A DNA stretch of 64,000 nucleotides from an uncultured Actinomycetota bacterium (lineage in GTDB: Bacteria > Actinomycetota > Actinomycetes > Propionibacteriales > Nocardioidaceae): assembly GCA_963712935.1 (NCBI GenBank), contig CAVQJX010000016.1, positions 14,350 to 78,349 on the forward strand. The letters run 5' to 3'. Shown in pieces: positions 10,750-19,181 of this stretch; position 1 is the stretch's first letter; each line of letters starts with the position of its first letter. Below the pieces are notes generated by a model, which saw nothing but the letters and a program-made list of their open reading frames with translations, searched no databases and had not been told where the DNA came from. The translations under genes were made by a program, and so were the position numbers.

Positions 10750-11702
10750 GCGTTCCCCTCACTTCGGTGCCCGTAACGGGGTACGCGACAACCGGCCGAG
10801 TGAGGTGGCTTCGCTCGCTGATCGCCGGAAACGTGACGGCCGCGGTCGGCTTCACGATGATGCTCGGCATCGTGCTCGCGGCGATCCTCGCGCCCATCTT
10901 GGCCCCCTCGCACCTCGATGAGCGCGTGGGAGAGCGGTTCGGCCCTCCGTCGGCAGCTCACCCCCTCGGACTCGACGATGCCGGCCAGGATGTGCTGACG
11001 CTTCTGCTCTACAGCACTCGCGTGTCGCTCATCGTCGGCTTCGGTGCGACGTTCCTCGCCGTCGCCCTCGGTGGACTCGTCGGAATCGTGGCGGGATACA
11101 GCGGGCGGCGCACCGAGGGCATCCTGATGCGCTTCACCGACTTCTTCCTCGTCATCCCCGAGGTTCCGCTGATGATGATCATCGCTGCCGTCTGGGGGGC
11201 GGGCGTCTGGAAGATGGTGGTGGTCATCGGAGTGATTCTGTGGACCTGGACCGCGCGGGTGATCCGGGCGCAGACCAAGAGCATCAAGGAGCGGGTCTAC
11301 GTCAAGCGGACGCGATCACTGGGGGCAAGTCACTGGCACACGGTCACCAGACATGTTCTGCCGCAGCTTGCGCCGCTGCTCGTGGTCAGTGCGGTCCTGG
11401 CTTTCGCGGTAGCCGTCTTCGACGAGACGGCACTGAGCTTCCTGGGACTCGGCGATCCGAGCAAGCCTTCGCTGGGCCGGATGATCGCGCTCGCCTCCAG
11501 CTCGGGGGCAGTGTCCAACCAGGCGTGGTGGGCGATCTTCTATCCCGGCCTGGTGGTGACCGTGATCATCTTGAGCCTGACCATGATGGGCACTGCGCTG
11601 GAGGACGTACTGAACCCGCGCCTACGCGTGTCACATCTGTCGCGGCGCCACTTCAGGGTGCTGCCGAGCCCGCGCCCCCTGCGTGCCATGGACCGGTCAT
11701 GA
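10746..11702 (+). CDS. ABC transporter permease (DppC-like)
   Basis: 4-nt overlap with the upstream permease. 318 aa, multi-TM. The segment GYSGRRTEGILMRFTDFFLVIP is typical. Confidence 0.85.
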   Translation: MSVPLTSVPVTGYATTGRVRWLRSLIAGNVTAAVGFTMMLGIVLAAILAPILAPSHLDERVGERFGPPSAAHPLGLDDAGQDVLTLLLYSTRVSLIVGFGATFLAVALGGLVGIVAGYSGRRTEGILMRFTDFFLVIPEVPLMMIIAAVWGAGVWKMVVVIGVILWTWTARVIRAQTKSIKERVYVKRTRSLGASHWHTVTRHVLPQLAPLLVVSAVLAFAVAVFDETALSFLGLGDPSKPSLGRMIALASSSGAVSNQAWWAIFYPGLVVTVIILSLTMMGTALEDVLNPRLRVSHLSRRHFRVLPSPRPLRAMDRS

Positions 11703-12685
11703 CAGCGCCACTGCTCGAGGTGCGTGATCTCCAGGTCAGGTTCACGTCACGAAGCCCGGCACCGGTCGACGTCGTCCGCGGGGTTTCGTTCACCTTGGAC
11801 CGTCAGCAGCGGCTGGGGCTCGTGGGTGAGTCGGGATGTGGAAAGTCGACGACGATGCTCGCGCTCATGGGGCTGCTGCCGGCCAACGCCGAGGTCAGCG
11901 GAACGATCGCGCTGGACGGAATCGACATCCTCGCCGGAGGTGAGCGCTCGATGCGCCCCCACAGATGGACAGATCTCGCGATGGTCTTCCAGGGGTCGAT
12001 GAACGCCTTCAACCCAGTCGTGACCATCGGCAAGCAGATCGTCGAGGCCATGAAGTTTCGGTCGCGCCCGTCACGTTCGAAGTCACAAGCGAGGGCCATG
12101 GAGCTGCTGGAATTGGTGGGCATACCCGGGGATCGGTTCCACCGCTATCCGCACGAGTTCTCGGGAGGGATGCGGCAGCGGGCCGCCCTCGCGATGGCGT
12201 TGGCCAACGAGCCTCGGATCCTGCTCGCCGACGAGCCCACCACGGCCCTGGACGTCATGGTCCAGGCCCAGATCCTCGAGCTGCTCGAACGACTGACCGC
12301 AGAGCTCGGTCTCGCCCTGTTGCTCGTGACCCACGACCTACCACTCGTGATCGAGACCTGCCGCGAAGCCGCCATCATGTACGCAGGACGGATCGTCGAG
12401 AGCGGTCCGACGCTCGAGCTGTACCGCGAGCCTCGTCATCCCTACACCCGGCTCCTGTTCGGGGCCGTCCCGAGCCTGTCCATGGACTCCCAGGTGGCCT
12501 CGATTCCGGGGGTGCCGCCCCGACTGGACCAGGTACTGGTCGGCTGCGCGTTCGCCCCTCGGTGTGACCAGGCGACGAATCTGTGCCGGCAGACAGCACC
12601 GGCCGATGTGGCGGTCGACGAGCGGCACTCCGCAGCCTGCCACTTCGTCGTCGGTGAGCCCGCCGGCCGCGAGGTGCGGCGATGA
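11699..12685 (+). CDS. ABC transporter ATP-binding protein (DppD-like)
   Basis: ATGA overlap with the permease stop. Walker A GESGCGKST, signature FSGGMRQR, Walker B LLADEPT. C-terminal oligopeptide-type extension. Confidence 0.9.
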   Translation: MTAPLLEVRDLQVRFTSRSPAPVDVVRGVSFTLDRQQRLGLVGESGCGKSTTMLALMGLLPANAEVSGTIALDGIDILAGGERSMRPHRWTDLAMVFQGSMNAFNPVVTIGKQIVEAMKFRSRPSRSKSQARAMELLELVGIPGDRFHRYPHEFSGGMRQRAALAMALANEPRILLADEPTTALDVMVQAQILELLERLTAELGLALLLVTHDLPLVIETCREAAIMYAGRIVESGPTLELYREPRHPYTRLLFGAVPSLSMDSQVASIPGVPPRLDQVLVGCAFAPRCDQATNLCRQTAPADVAVDERHSAACHFVVGEPAGREVRR

Positions 12686-13677
12686 CCGCCCACCTCCTCG
12701 AGGTCGAGGATCTCGCCGTCCGATTCGCCACTCGTCGTTCGGGGTTCGGCCAGCACCGTGATCGTACGCAGACCGTCCGTGCCGTCGACGGCGTCAGCTT
12801 CACTCTCGACAGTGGAGAGCTCCTCGCCATTGTGGGCGAATCCGGTAGCGGCAAGACGACGACTGCCCAGGCATCCCTGCGGCTCAACGCTCCGTCTCGA
12901 GGAGTCGTCCGTTTCAAGGGAACCGATATCTGGTCGGTCTCGAACCGCGAGCTGCGCCGACTTCGCCGCGAGATGCAGCTCATCTACCAGGACCCCTACG
13001 AGTCACTGGATCCGAGGTACACCGTCCGGCGGGTCGTCGAGGAACCCCTTCGTATTCATGGCCTCAGCACGTCTCGGCGTGGGCGCGACAAGTTGGTGAG
13101 CGAAGCTCTCGAGCGGGTCGGCCTCACGCCGGTCGACGCGTTCCTCGGCCGGCTTCCGCACGAGCTGTCCGGCGGACAGCGACAGCGGGTGTCGATCGCG
13201 GCCGCCCTCACGCTCGAGCCGGCCCTGCTGGTGGCCGACGAGCCGGTCAGCATGCTGGATGTCTCCGTGCGGGCCGGGATTCTCGAACTGCTCGACCAGC
13301 TGCGCAGCACCGGACTCGGCGTCCTGATGATCACCCACGACCTGACCACGGCGGCCCACTACGCAGATCGGATCGCGGTCATGTACCTGGGTCGGATCGT
13401 CGAGATCGGTCCCTCGCGAGAGGTGATAGCGAGACCACGTCACCCCTACACCCAGGCCTTGCTCTCCGTGGTGCCGAGGGTCGACCGCCTGGGCTCGAAG
13501 AGGATCATCCTCTCCGGCGAGATGTCCGACGGCGCAGCGATCCCGGCCGGATGCCGGTTCCACCCTCGGTGTCCGGTCGCTGTCGAGCCATGCGCGACGG
13601 CTGACCCGATCCTCGAAACCGTGGGCTCCGCGGTCCCGACGCACTGGGCGGCGTGCCACCTCCAGGGCGATGAGTGA
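12682..13677 (+). CDS. ABC transporter ATP-binding protein (DppF-like)
   Basis: Walker A GESGSGKTT, signature LSGGQRQR, Walker B LVADEPVS. Overlaps the upstream stop. Confidence 0.9.
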   Translation: MTAHLLEVEDLAVRFATRRSGFGQHRDRTQTVRAVDGVSFTLDSGELLAIVGESGSGKTTTAQASLRLNAPSRGVVRFKGTDIWSVSNRELRRLRREMQLIYQDPYESLDPRYTVRRVVEEPLRIHGLSTSRRGRDKLVSEALERVGLTPVDAFLGRLPHELSGGQRQRVSIAAALTLEPALLVADEPVSMLDVSVRAGILELLDQLRSTGLGVLMITHDLTTAAHYADRIAVMYLGRIVEIGPSREVIARPRHPYTQALLSVVPRVDRLGSKRIILSGEMSDGAAIPAGCRFHPRCPVAVEPCATADPILETVGSAVPTHWAACHLQGDE

Positions 13678-13712
13678 ACCCGCTCGTCCGGCTCGCCGGC
13701 CACGGTGCTTGG

Positions 13713-14195
13713 TCAGCGAGCGAGGTTGAGCGTGAGGATCTGCCGGTTACCGCTCTGGCTGAAGACGAGGGTGCCCCGCGCGCCGTTGTACATGCCGGTT
13801 CCGCCGGTCACGGCCAAGACGAAGTGCGAGGTCTGGGACACCAGGCCACCGAACTCGACGGTGCCGCGGGCCAAGGAGAGCGTGCCGGTGGCGTGGAACA
13901 AGTTCCGCCGGGCATCGACTCCTACAGCGACGTTGCTCACCCGGCCGACGGTTTTGCCGGCTCGGCTCAGCCGTTGACTGAAGGCGAGCATGTCGCCGAG
14001 GCCAGGTCCGCCCCCCTGGGGATCGGCGAGGTCATCGAGCGCCATGTTGCCCGCAATGTCGTGCGCGACAAACCGTGTGGACGTGATCGAACTGCTTGCG
14101 TCGGCGGTCGCGCCAGTGCTGATATCGACCATGGTCGCGCCGCCAACGGCGATCACGGCGGTTGTGGCTACAGCCGTCAGGCTCTTACGGATCAT
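13713..14195 (-). CDS. secreted dirigent-like / allene-oxide-cyclase-barrel-like protein
   Basis: ATG at 14195 preceded by GGAGGAA. Signal peptide MIRKSLTAVATTAVIAVGGA. C-terminal FVLAVTGGTGMYNGARGTL motif typical of dirigent-like beta-barrels. Confidence 0.55.
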   Translation of the reverse strand: MIRKSLTAVATTAVIAVGGATMVDISTGATADASSSITSTRFVAHDIAGNMALDDLADPQGGGPGLGDMLAFSQRLSRAGKTVGRVSNVAVGVDARRNLFHATGTLSLARGTVEFGGLVSQTSHFVLAVTGGTGMYNGARGTLVFSQSGNRQILTLNLAR

Positions 14196-14277
14196 GATTC
14201 CTCCACGTGTCAGGGGAGCCGGTTGCTCCTCTTCGCACATGACGCTACGAACTTCACCGGCAGGAGTCGTCTGCCTG

Positions 14278-14309
14278 GCGATGGAGATCGGGGTGCAACG
14301 ATCCATCGC
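14278..14309. promoter_or_regulatory. imperfect inverted repeat between the dirigent-like gene and the histidine kinase
   Basis: GCGATGGAGATCG-n8-CGATCCATCGC; 11 of 13 arm positions are complementary. Lies in the divergent intergenic region. Confidence 0.3.
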
Positions 14310-14352
14310 AAGTTGGACGTGCGTCCTGGTGTCGTGCGTCTAACGTGAGGCC

Positions 14353-15525
14353 ATGAAGATGTGGCGGTGGTCACTCGAGCTGTTCCTGGTGTGCTTTGCC
14401 GCCGTCGACACCGCGTCGGTCTTGAGCAGCGACGAGCCACACCGTGTCCTCGTAAGCGTCGTGACGGCGTTGTCGGTGCTGGTGTTGTGCGGCCGGAAGT
14501 ACGCTCCGCTCACCGTCAGTGTGACCGCATTCTTGCTGTTGGCCCTGGGCATGAATCTCTCGCCGAAGGCGACCGGGGTGCAGTTCCTCGGGATGGTCTT
14601 GACCTTCCTCATCGTGGGAGTCGTCAATCGCGGCCCATGGGTCTGGCTGGCTGCAACGGCCGGATTCGGAACGTTGGTTTACGGGACGCTTGTTTCTCCC
14701 GATGGCGGAGGCTGGTCAGATCTGGCCCTCTCGGCGGCCATCTGCGAAGGGCTGCTCCTGGCTGGCTGGTTGCTGGCCCGCCGCTCGCTCCAGGTATCGC
14801 AGATGCGGATCCAGGCTGAGCTGTCTGAGGACCGTGAGCGGGAGCGCACGCGATCGGCGCTCGCCGAGGAGCGGGCGCGCATTGCCCGGGAAATGCATGA
14901 CGTGGTCAGTCACGGATTGTCAGTGGTGGTGGTCCAGTCCCAGGCAGCGCGGAGTGCGGTCGAGGATCTGGCGAGCACCAACACCACAGCTGTGGCAGGC
15001 CATCTCGACGCTGTCGAGGCGACAGCCCGTGATGCGCTGGCCGAGATGCGCCGGATGCTCGGGCTGCTCCAACTCGGCGCAGTCGACGACGACGCACCTG
15101 CTCCACCTACCCCTGACCTGGCATCCTTGCCGGCACTGATCGAACGTGCGCGCCTAGCTGGGCTGTCAATAGTCGAGGAGCTTCCGGCCCGCGGGGTGAG
15201 CCTCGGCTCAGGGCTCGAACTGACGATCTACCGGATCGTGCAGGAGTCGCTGACCAATGTGGTCAAGCACGCACCTGGCTCGCGGACGTCGGTTCGGGTT
15301 GACGCCGGAGCCGACGTCGTCGAGGTGCGCGTGCACAGCGCCGGTGAGCATGCCTTGCGGTTGCAGGGGGGAACCTGCAACTCCGGACACGGGTTGGTGG
15401 GTATGCGGGAGCGGGTCCGGATGTACGGCGGACAACTCGACGTCGGTCCTACGACGCAGCCGGGTTTCGAGGTGCATGCATCGCTTCCGATCGCCGCGTC
15501 GGCTCCATTTGCGGCGTCACAGTGA
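14353..15525 (+). CDS. sensor histidine kinase (HisKA_3 / NarX-LiaS type)
   Basis: N-terminal TM helices. H-box EERARIAREMHDVVSHGLS. C-terminal HATPase (GHGLVGMRERV). Confidence 0.85.
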   Translation: MKMWRWSLELFLVCFAAVDTASVLSSDEPHRVLVSVVTALSVLVLCGRKYAPLTVSVTAFLLLALGMNLSPKATGVQFLGMVLTFLIVGVVNRGPWVWLAATAGFGTLVYGTLVSPDGGGWSDLALSAAICEGLLLAGWLLARRSLQVSQMRIQAELSEDRERERTRSALAEERARIAREMHDVVSHGLSVVVVQSQAARSAVEDLASTNTTAVAGHLDAVEATARDALAEMRRMLGLLQLGAVDDDAPAPPTPDLASLPALIERARLAGLSIVEELPARGVSLGSGLELTIYRIVQESLTNVVKHAPGSRTSVRVDAGADVVEVRVHSAGEHALRLQGGTCNSGHGLVGMRERVRMYGGQLDVGPTTQPGFEVHASLPIAASAPFAASQ

Positions 15526-16214
15526 TCGAGGTGCTGCTGGCCGACGACCAGTCGTTGGTGCGCGACGGGTTCCGGGCTCTGATCGACCGTGAGCCCGATC
15601 TGAACGTCGTGGCTGAGGCCGTCGATGGCGTTGAGGCCATCGAGCTGGCCAACAGGCATCACCCCGACGTCGTACTCATGGACATCCGGATGCCGAATCT
15701 CGACGGGTTGACGGCCACTCGCCGAGTACTCGCCGCGTCCAACCCGCCCCGAGTGATCGTGCTGACCACATTTGACCGCAACGAGTGGGTGTTCGAAGCC
15801 CTGCGTGCCGGGGCAAGCGGATTCCTGCTCAAGGACGTGCGCGCGGCCGCCCTCGTGGAGGCGATCCGAGTGGTGCACGCCGGCGAGGCGCTGCTCGCAC
15901 CGACGATCACCCGCAGGTTGATCGCGGAGTTCACCCGCATGCGCCCAACGACTGCCCATTCACCGGATCTCGGCCGACTCACCGCACGCGAGCTCGATGT
16001 TCTCCGACGGGTCGCCGGAGGCCTCTCAAATGCCGAGATCGCCGACGAGCTCTTCATCGAGCACTCGACGGTCAAGACCCATGTCAACCGACTGCTGAAC
16101 AAACTCAGTCTGCGGGACCGGACACAGGCAGTTGTCTTCGCGTACGAGTCCGGGCTGATCCGTCCAGGCAGCAGCGAGATCGGCCGTCCTGCGCATGGCG
16201 CTGAGCGCCTTTGA
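15522..16214 (+). CDS. NarL/LuxR family response regulator
   Basis: Overlaps the kinase stop. Receiver domain (VLLADDQ, DVVLMDIRMP). LuxR HTH LTARELDVLRRVAGGLSNAEIADELFIEHSTVKTHV. Confidence 0.9.
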   Translation: MIEVLLADDQSLVRDGFRALIDREPDLNVVAEAVDGVEAIELANRHHPDVVLMDIRMPNLDGLTATRRVLAASNPPRVIVLTTFDRNEWVFEALRAGASGFLLKDVRAAALVEAIRVVHAGEALLAPTITRRLIAEFTRMRPTTAHSPDLGRLTARELDVLRRVAGGLSNAEIADELFIEHSTVKTHVNRLLNKLSLRDRTQAVVFAYESGLIRPGSSEIGRPAHGAERL

Positions 16215-16288
16215 CGAACGGCGCGACATGGGGCTGCTGGAGCTGGGTTGTGCTCATATGTTGCTCAGGCAGTCTTGCTGCGGATCGT

Positions 16289-17084
16289 TCAGATCGGTCC
16301 GGCGACTCTCACCGGCGGGTGCCTGGGGATCGTGCGTCCTGGCCGACGCTCGCGGGCGTCGGCGAAGCGGACCCTGGACGGTTGCCACGTCGAACCAGTC
16401 AGCGAGGCGATCTCGCTCAGGAATGCCGCACGGACCTGGTCTGACTCGAGGCTGCCGTGCCACATGGTGCCGAAGACGTGGCCGGCACCTGCACCGTCGA
16501 GGAACGGGTCGTCCTGACCGAGCTGGATGCGGCCGTGGTGGATCTCGTATCCCGCAGCGGTCACGCCCAGAGCCTCGCCCATGGGCAGCCGCAGCACCTT
16601 CGCGGACGAGAACTCCGTGCGGACGTCGAGCAGCCCCAAGCCGTCGGCACCCGCACCGACCGCTCCTTCGGCGCCCTCCGGATCAGCGATGTGATGACCG
16701 ACCAGCTGGAACCCTCCGCACACCCCGAGCACTGGGCGCCCGTTCGCGGCGTGCCGTCGGATCGCCTGATCGAGGCCGTGCTCGCGCAGCCACGCGAGGT
16801 CGGCCAGCGTGGCGCGGGTGCCCGGGAGCACGAGCAGGTCTGCGTCCCCGATGCTGCGTCCCTCGGACACGAAGCGGACGTCGACACCGGGTTCGATTCA
16901 TGGCCGGCTCCGGCACGGCCTTCGCCGCCAGCGCCTGGATCCACTGCGCGCGACCGATACCGCGGCGGGCCAGAGCCCGGCAGAGCGCCGTGGTGACGAC
17001 GGACTTGCCGGCATCCGACGTCGTCCCGGCCACGAGTAGCGCCGACGCGTTCCCGGAGGACGCAGCAGCCTGGGCGAGTTTCAT
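16289..17084 (-). pseudogene. cobQ: cobyric acid synthase (CobQ) relic: N-terminal P-loop fragment joined out of frame to the glutamine-amidotransferase domain
   Basis: ORF 16683..17084 starts LLVAGTTSDAGKSVVTTALCRALARRG (CobQ N-terminus) and then loses similarity. ORF 16289..16870 carries (I)EPGVDVRFV..DADLLVLPGTRATLADLAWLR..VLGVCGGFQ (CobQ GATase). Together they span about 265 codons against an expected size near 490. Confidence 0.7.
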
Positions 17085-17131
17085 AACCGACGCTGACGAT
17101 GTGGGTCTCGGTGGATGAGTGAGCAGCGCCC

Positions 17132-17434
17132 TCAGGCTCGCTGCATCTTCCAGGCAAGGTCGATGGCGGCGTGCACCGCATGAGGCTGTGCCCGGTCGAG
17201 GTAGGCCTCGACCTTATGATGCGCCTCCATCCGAGGCGGCACGCCGAAAGTGTCCGGGTAGGTCTCGAGCAGGCGTTCTCGCTCGCTCAGAGGGACCCGG
17301 ATCACCACCGTGTTCTGGTCCTGCAGCCGCACAACCAGGCGGTCATGGACGTACCAAGCAGGACGATTGTCGGTTCCCTTGCGCTTGACCTGCGGTAGCG
17401 ACTCGGCATACCGGCCAACCTCGTCGATGGTCAC
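17132..17434 (-). CDS. MmcQ/YjbR-like small protein
   Basis: 100 aa. The overall pattern (LPQV..K.., VVIRVPLSERERLLETYPDTF) is reminiscent of the YjbR family. Weak call. Confidence 0.4.
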   Translation of the reverse strand: MTIDEVGRYAESLPQVKRKGTDNRPAWYVHDRLVVRLQDQNTVVIRVPLSERERLLETYPDTFGVPPRMEAHHKVEAYLDRAQPHAVHAAIDLAWKMQRA

Positions 17435-17509
17435 GTCCCTAGCGTAAGCGGACGCGCAGTCGCCGGCCCGGCAGGTCGACCTCGCTGGGGCTCATCGGTT
17501 GCGCTGATG

Positions 17510-18721
17510 TCAGGCGATCGGTGCGCGGCCGAGCGGGACCGTTGCCGAGCGGTTGGCACCGCTCTGGTCCTTCCAGGTCACCTTGACGCGCTCACCGGGA
17601 GCGGTCTTCGCCAGCTTGTTGCGCAACTGGTCGGCCGAGGTGAGGGTCCTTCCGTTCAGCTTCGTGATCGTGTCGCCCACGGAGACACCAGCACGGGCGG
17701 CGGCGCCACCGTCGGTGACCTGGACAACCCGTGGAGCCGTCGTCGACGGATCCAGCCAGACCCCCAGGTAGCCGTGGTAGCCGAGGTCGATGGTGGCAGT
17801 TTCCTTGCCGGCGAGGATCTGGTCGGCGACCGACCGCACGGTCGAGACGGGGATCGCGTACCCGGTCACGGACCGGCTTCCGGTGGAAGCTGCGACATTC
17901 ATCCCGACGACGGAGCCGGCCGCGTTCAGAACCGCGCCCCCTGAGTCACCGGGAACGACATACGCGTTCAGCTCGATGAGACCGGTCAGGCGGTTCGTCG
18001 TGCCGTCGTCGTTCCGGACCGTGATGTGCTGATCGATCGCGGCGACCGTGCCGGTGGAGGCCGTCAGGGCGCCACCGTCGCCCCCGGCGTCACCGACCGC
18101 GGTCACCGGGTCGCCCTCGGCCGCAGCCTTGGAGGCTTCCTTGACGGGCGTCAGCCCGCTCGCGTTCCGCAGCTTCAACACGGCCACATCAGCGGTCGAG
18201 TCGCCGCCGACGTACTTCGCGGTGTAGGTCTTCCCGGTCGAGACGACAGTCACCTTCAGCGAGGTCGCTCCTTCGACCACGTGATGGTTCGTCACCACCG
18301 TCCCGGCGGAAGACAGGATGAAACCGGTGCCGGCCCCCTTCCCATTCGTCAACGTCGAGGAGATCTCCACCAGGCCCACCGACTGCGCCGCGGTGGCGTC
18401 GGCGGCTGACTCCGGCGCTGTAGCCTCGGGCGCCGAGTCGCTGTCGTGGTCTGGGGCGCGTGGGGGCGTGGAGGGTCCACCCCAGCCAGGACGTCCGTGC
18501 CCGTGGTCGTCGGTGTCTGTCGAGCCTTGCTTCGTTGATCGCGACTGTGTCGTCGAGGAGCTCGTCTGGTTCGCGTCGTCCTGTTGGTGGTCCGCGAGGG
18601 CGGCCCCACCGGCAGCACCCACACCGACCAGCAACAGCGACGCACCCGCAAGCCCGATCCGGCGGCGGTTGTTGCCCGGACGTCGGCCGCTGTCGGCGTG
18701 GTCAATATCCGTGTCGCTCAC
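17510..18721 (-). CDS. HtrA/DegP-type S1C serine protease with C-terminal PDZ domain
   Basis: GTG at 18721. One TM segment, a Ser/Thr/Asp-rich linker, a trypsin-fold core (VVTNHHVV, GDSGGAV) and a PDZ-like tail (GDTITKLNGRTLTSADQL). Confidence 0.85.
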   Translation of the reverse strand: MSDTDIDHADSGRRPGNNRRRIGLAGASLLLVGVGAAGGAALADHQQDDANQTSSSTTQSRSTKQGSTDTDDHGHGRPGWGGPSTPPRAPDHDSDSAPEATAPESAADATAAQSVGLVEISSTLTNGKGAGTGFILSSAGTVVTNHHVVEGATSLKVTVVSTGKTYTAKYVGGDSTADVAVLKLRNASGLTPVKEASKAAAEGDPVTAVGDAGGDGGALTASTGTVAAIDQHITVRNDDGTTNRLTGLIELNAYVVPGDSGGAVLNAAGSVVGMNVAASTGSRSVTGYAIPVSTVRSVADQILAGKETATIDLGYHGYLGVWLDPSTTAPRVVQVTDGGAAARAGVSVGDTITKLNGRTLTSADQLRNKLAKTAPGERVKVTWKDQSGANRSATVPLGRAPIA

Positions 18722-18722
18722 G

Positions 18723-19070
18723 TCAGCGGCCCCCGCCGCCGTGACCGTGTTCGTCGTACTGGTCGGCCTGCCAGCCGCTGTGGTTCGCCCGGTCCCCGTG
18801 ACCCTGACGGCCGTCATGGCCATCGTCGCCACCGGCGATCGCGTAGCCGGCGACGCCCCCGACCAGAAGGAACGCCGCACCAGCGGCCGCCGCCAGCACC
18901 CGCGGCTTCGTCATACCGGCGCGGAGCCGAGCCGCGCGGCCCGGTTTGTCGGCGGCGTCCGCGCCGGTGACGGCCTCGTGGTCAGCGTCTGTCTCCGCGA
19001 CCGGATCAACGCCCGCGGTGTCGGCGTTCGCGTGCTGCTGCGGCTCGCCCGGGTTGTTCTGCTCGGACAT
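18723..19070 (-). CDS. small single-pass membrane protein with His/Gly/Asp-rich C-terminal tail
   Basis: 115 aa. Acidic N-terminus, TM segment VLAAAAGAAFLLVGGVAGYAIAG, tail GGDDGHDGRQGHGDRANHSGWQADQYDEHGHGGGGR. Its stop lies 1 nt before the htrA GTG. Confidence 0.5.
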   Translation of the reverse strand: MSEQNNPGEPQQHANADTAGVDPVAETDADHEAVTGADAADKPGRAARLRAGMTKPRVLAAAAGAAFLLVGGVAGYAIAGGDDGHDGRQGHGDRANHSGWQADQYDEHGHGGGGR

Positions 19071-19181
19071 GGCGTGTCCCCTCGATCGTCGAACAGTCAA
19101 CGGTGCCGCGATCGCCTTGGGCCATGCTGTGGGGAGCCCGTCAAGATCCTGTGAATCGGTGATGTGGCGAGCGCGGTGCGA

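Noticed and set aside
16289-16870. The GATase ORF as a stand-alone GatD-type (CobQ-like) amidotransferase of the MurT/GatD lipid II amidation system
   Set aside because: It is preceded, out of frame, by an unmistakable CobQ N-terminal P-loop segment on the same strand. There is no murT neighbour. Its own ATG (16870) lies inside the conserved EPGVDVRFV block, so it looks like a fragment and not an independent gene.
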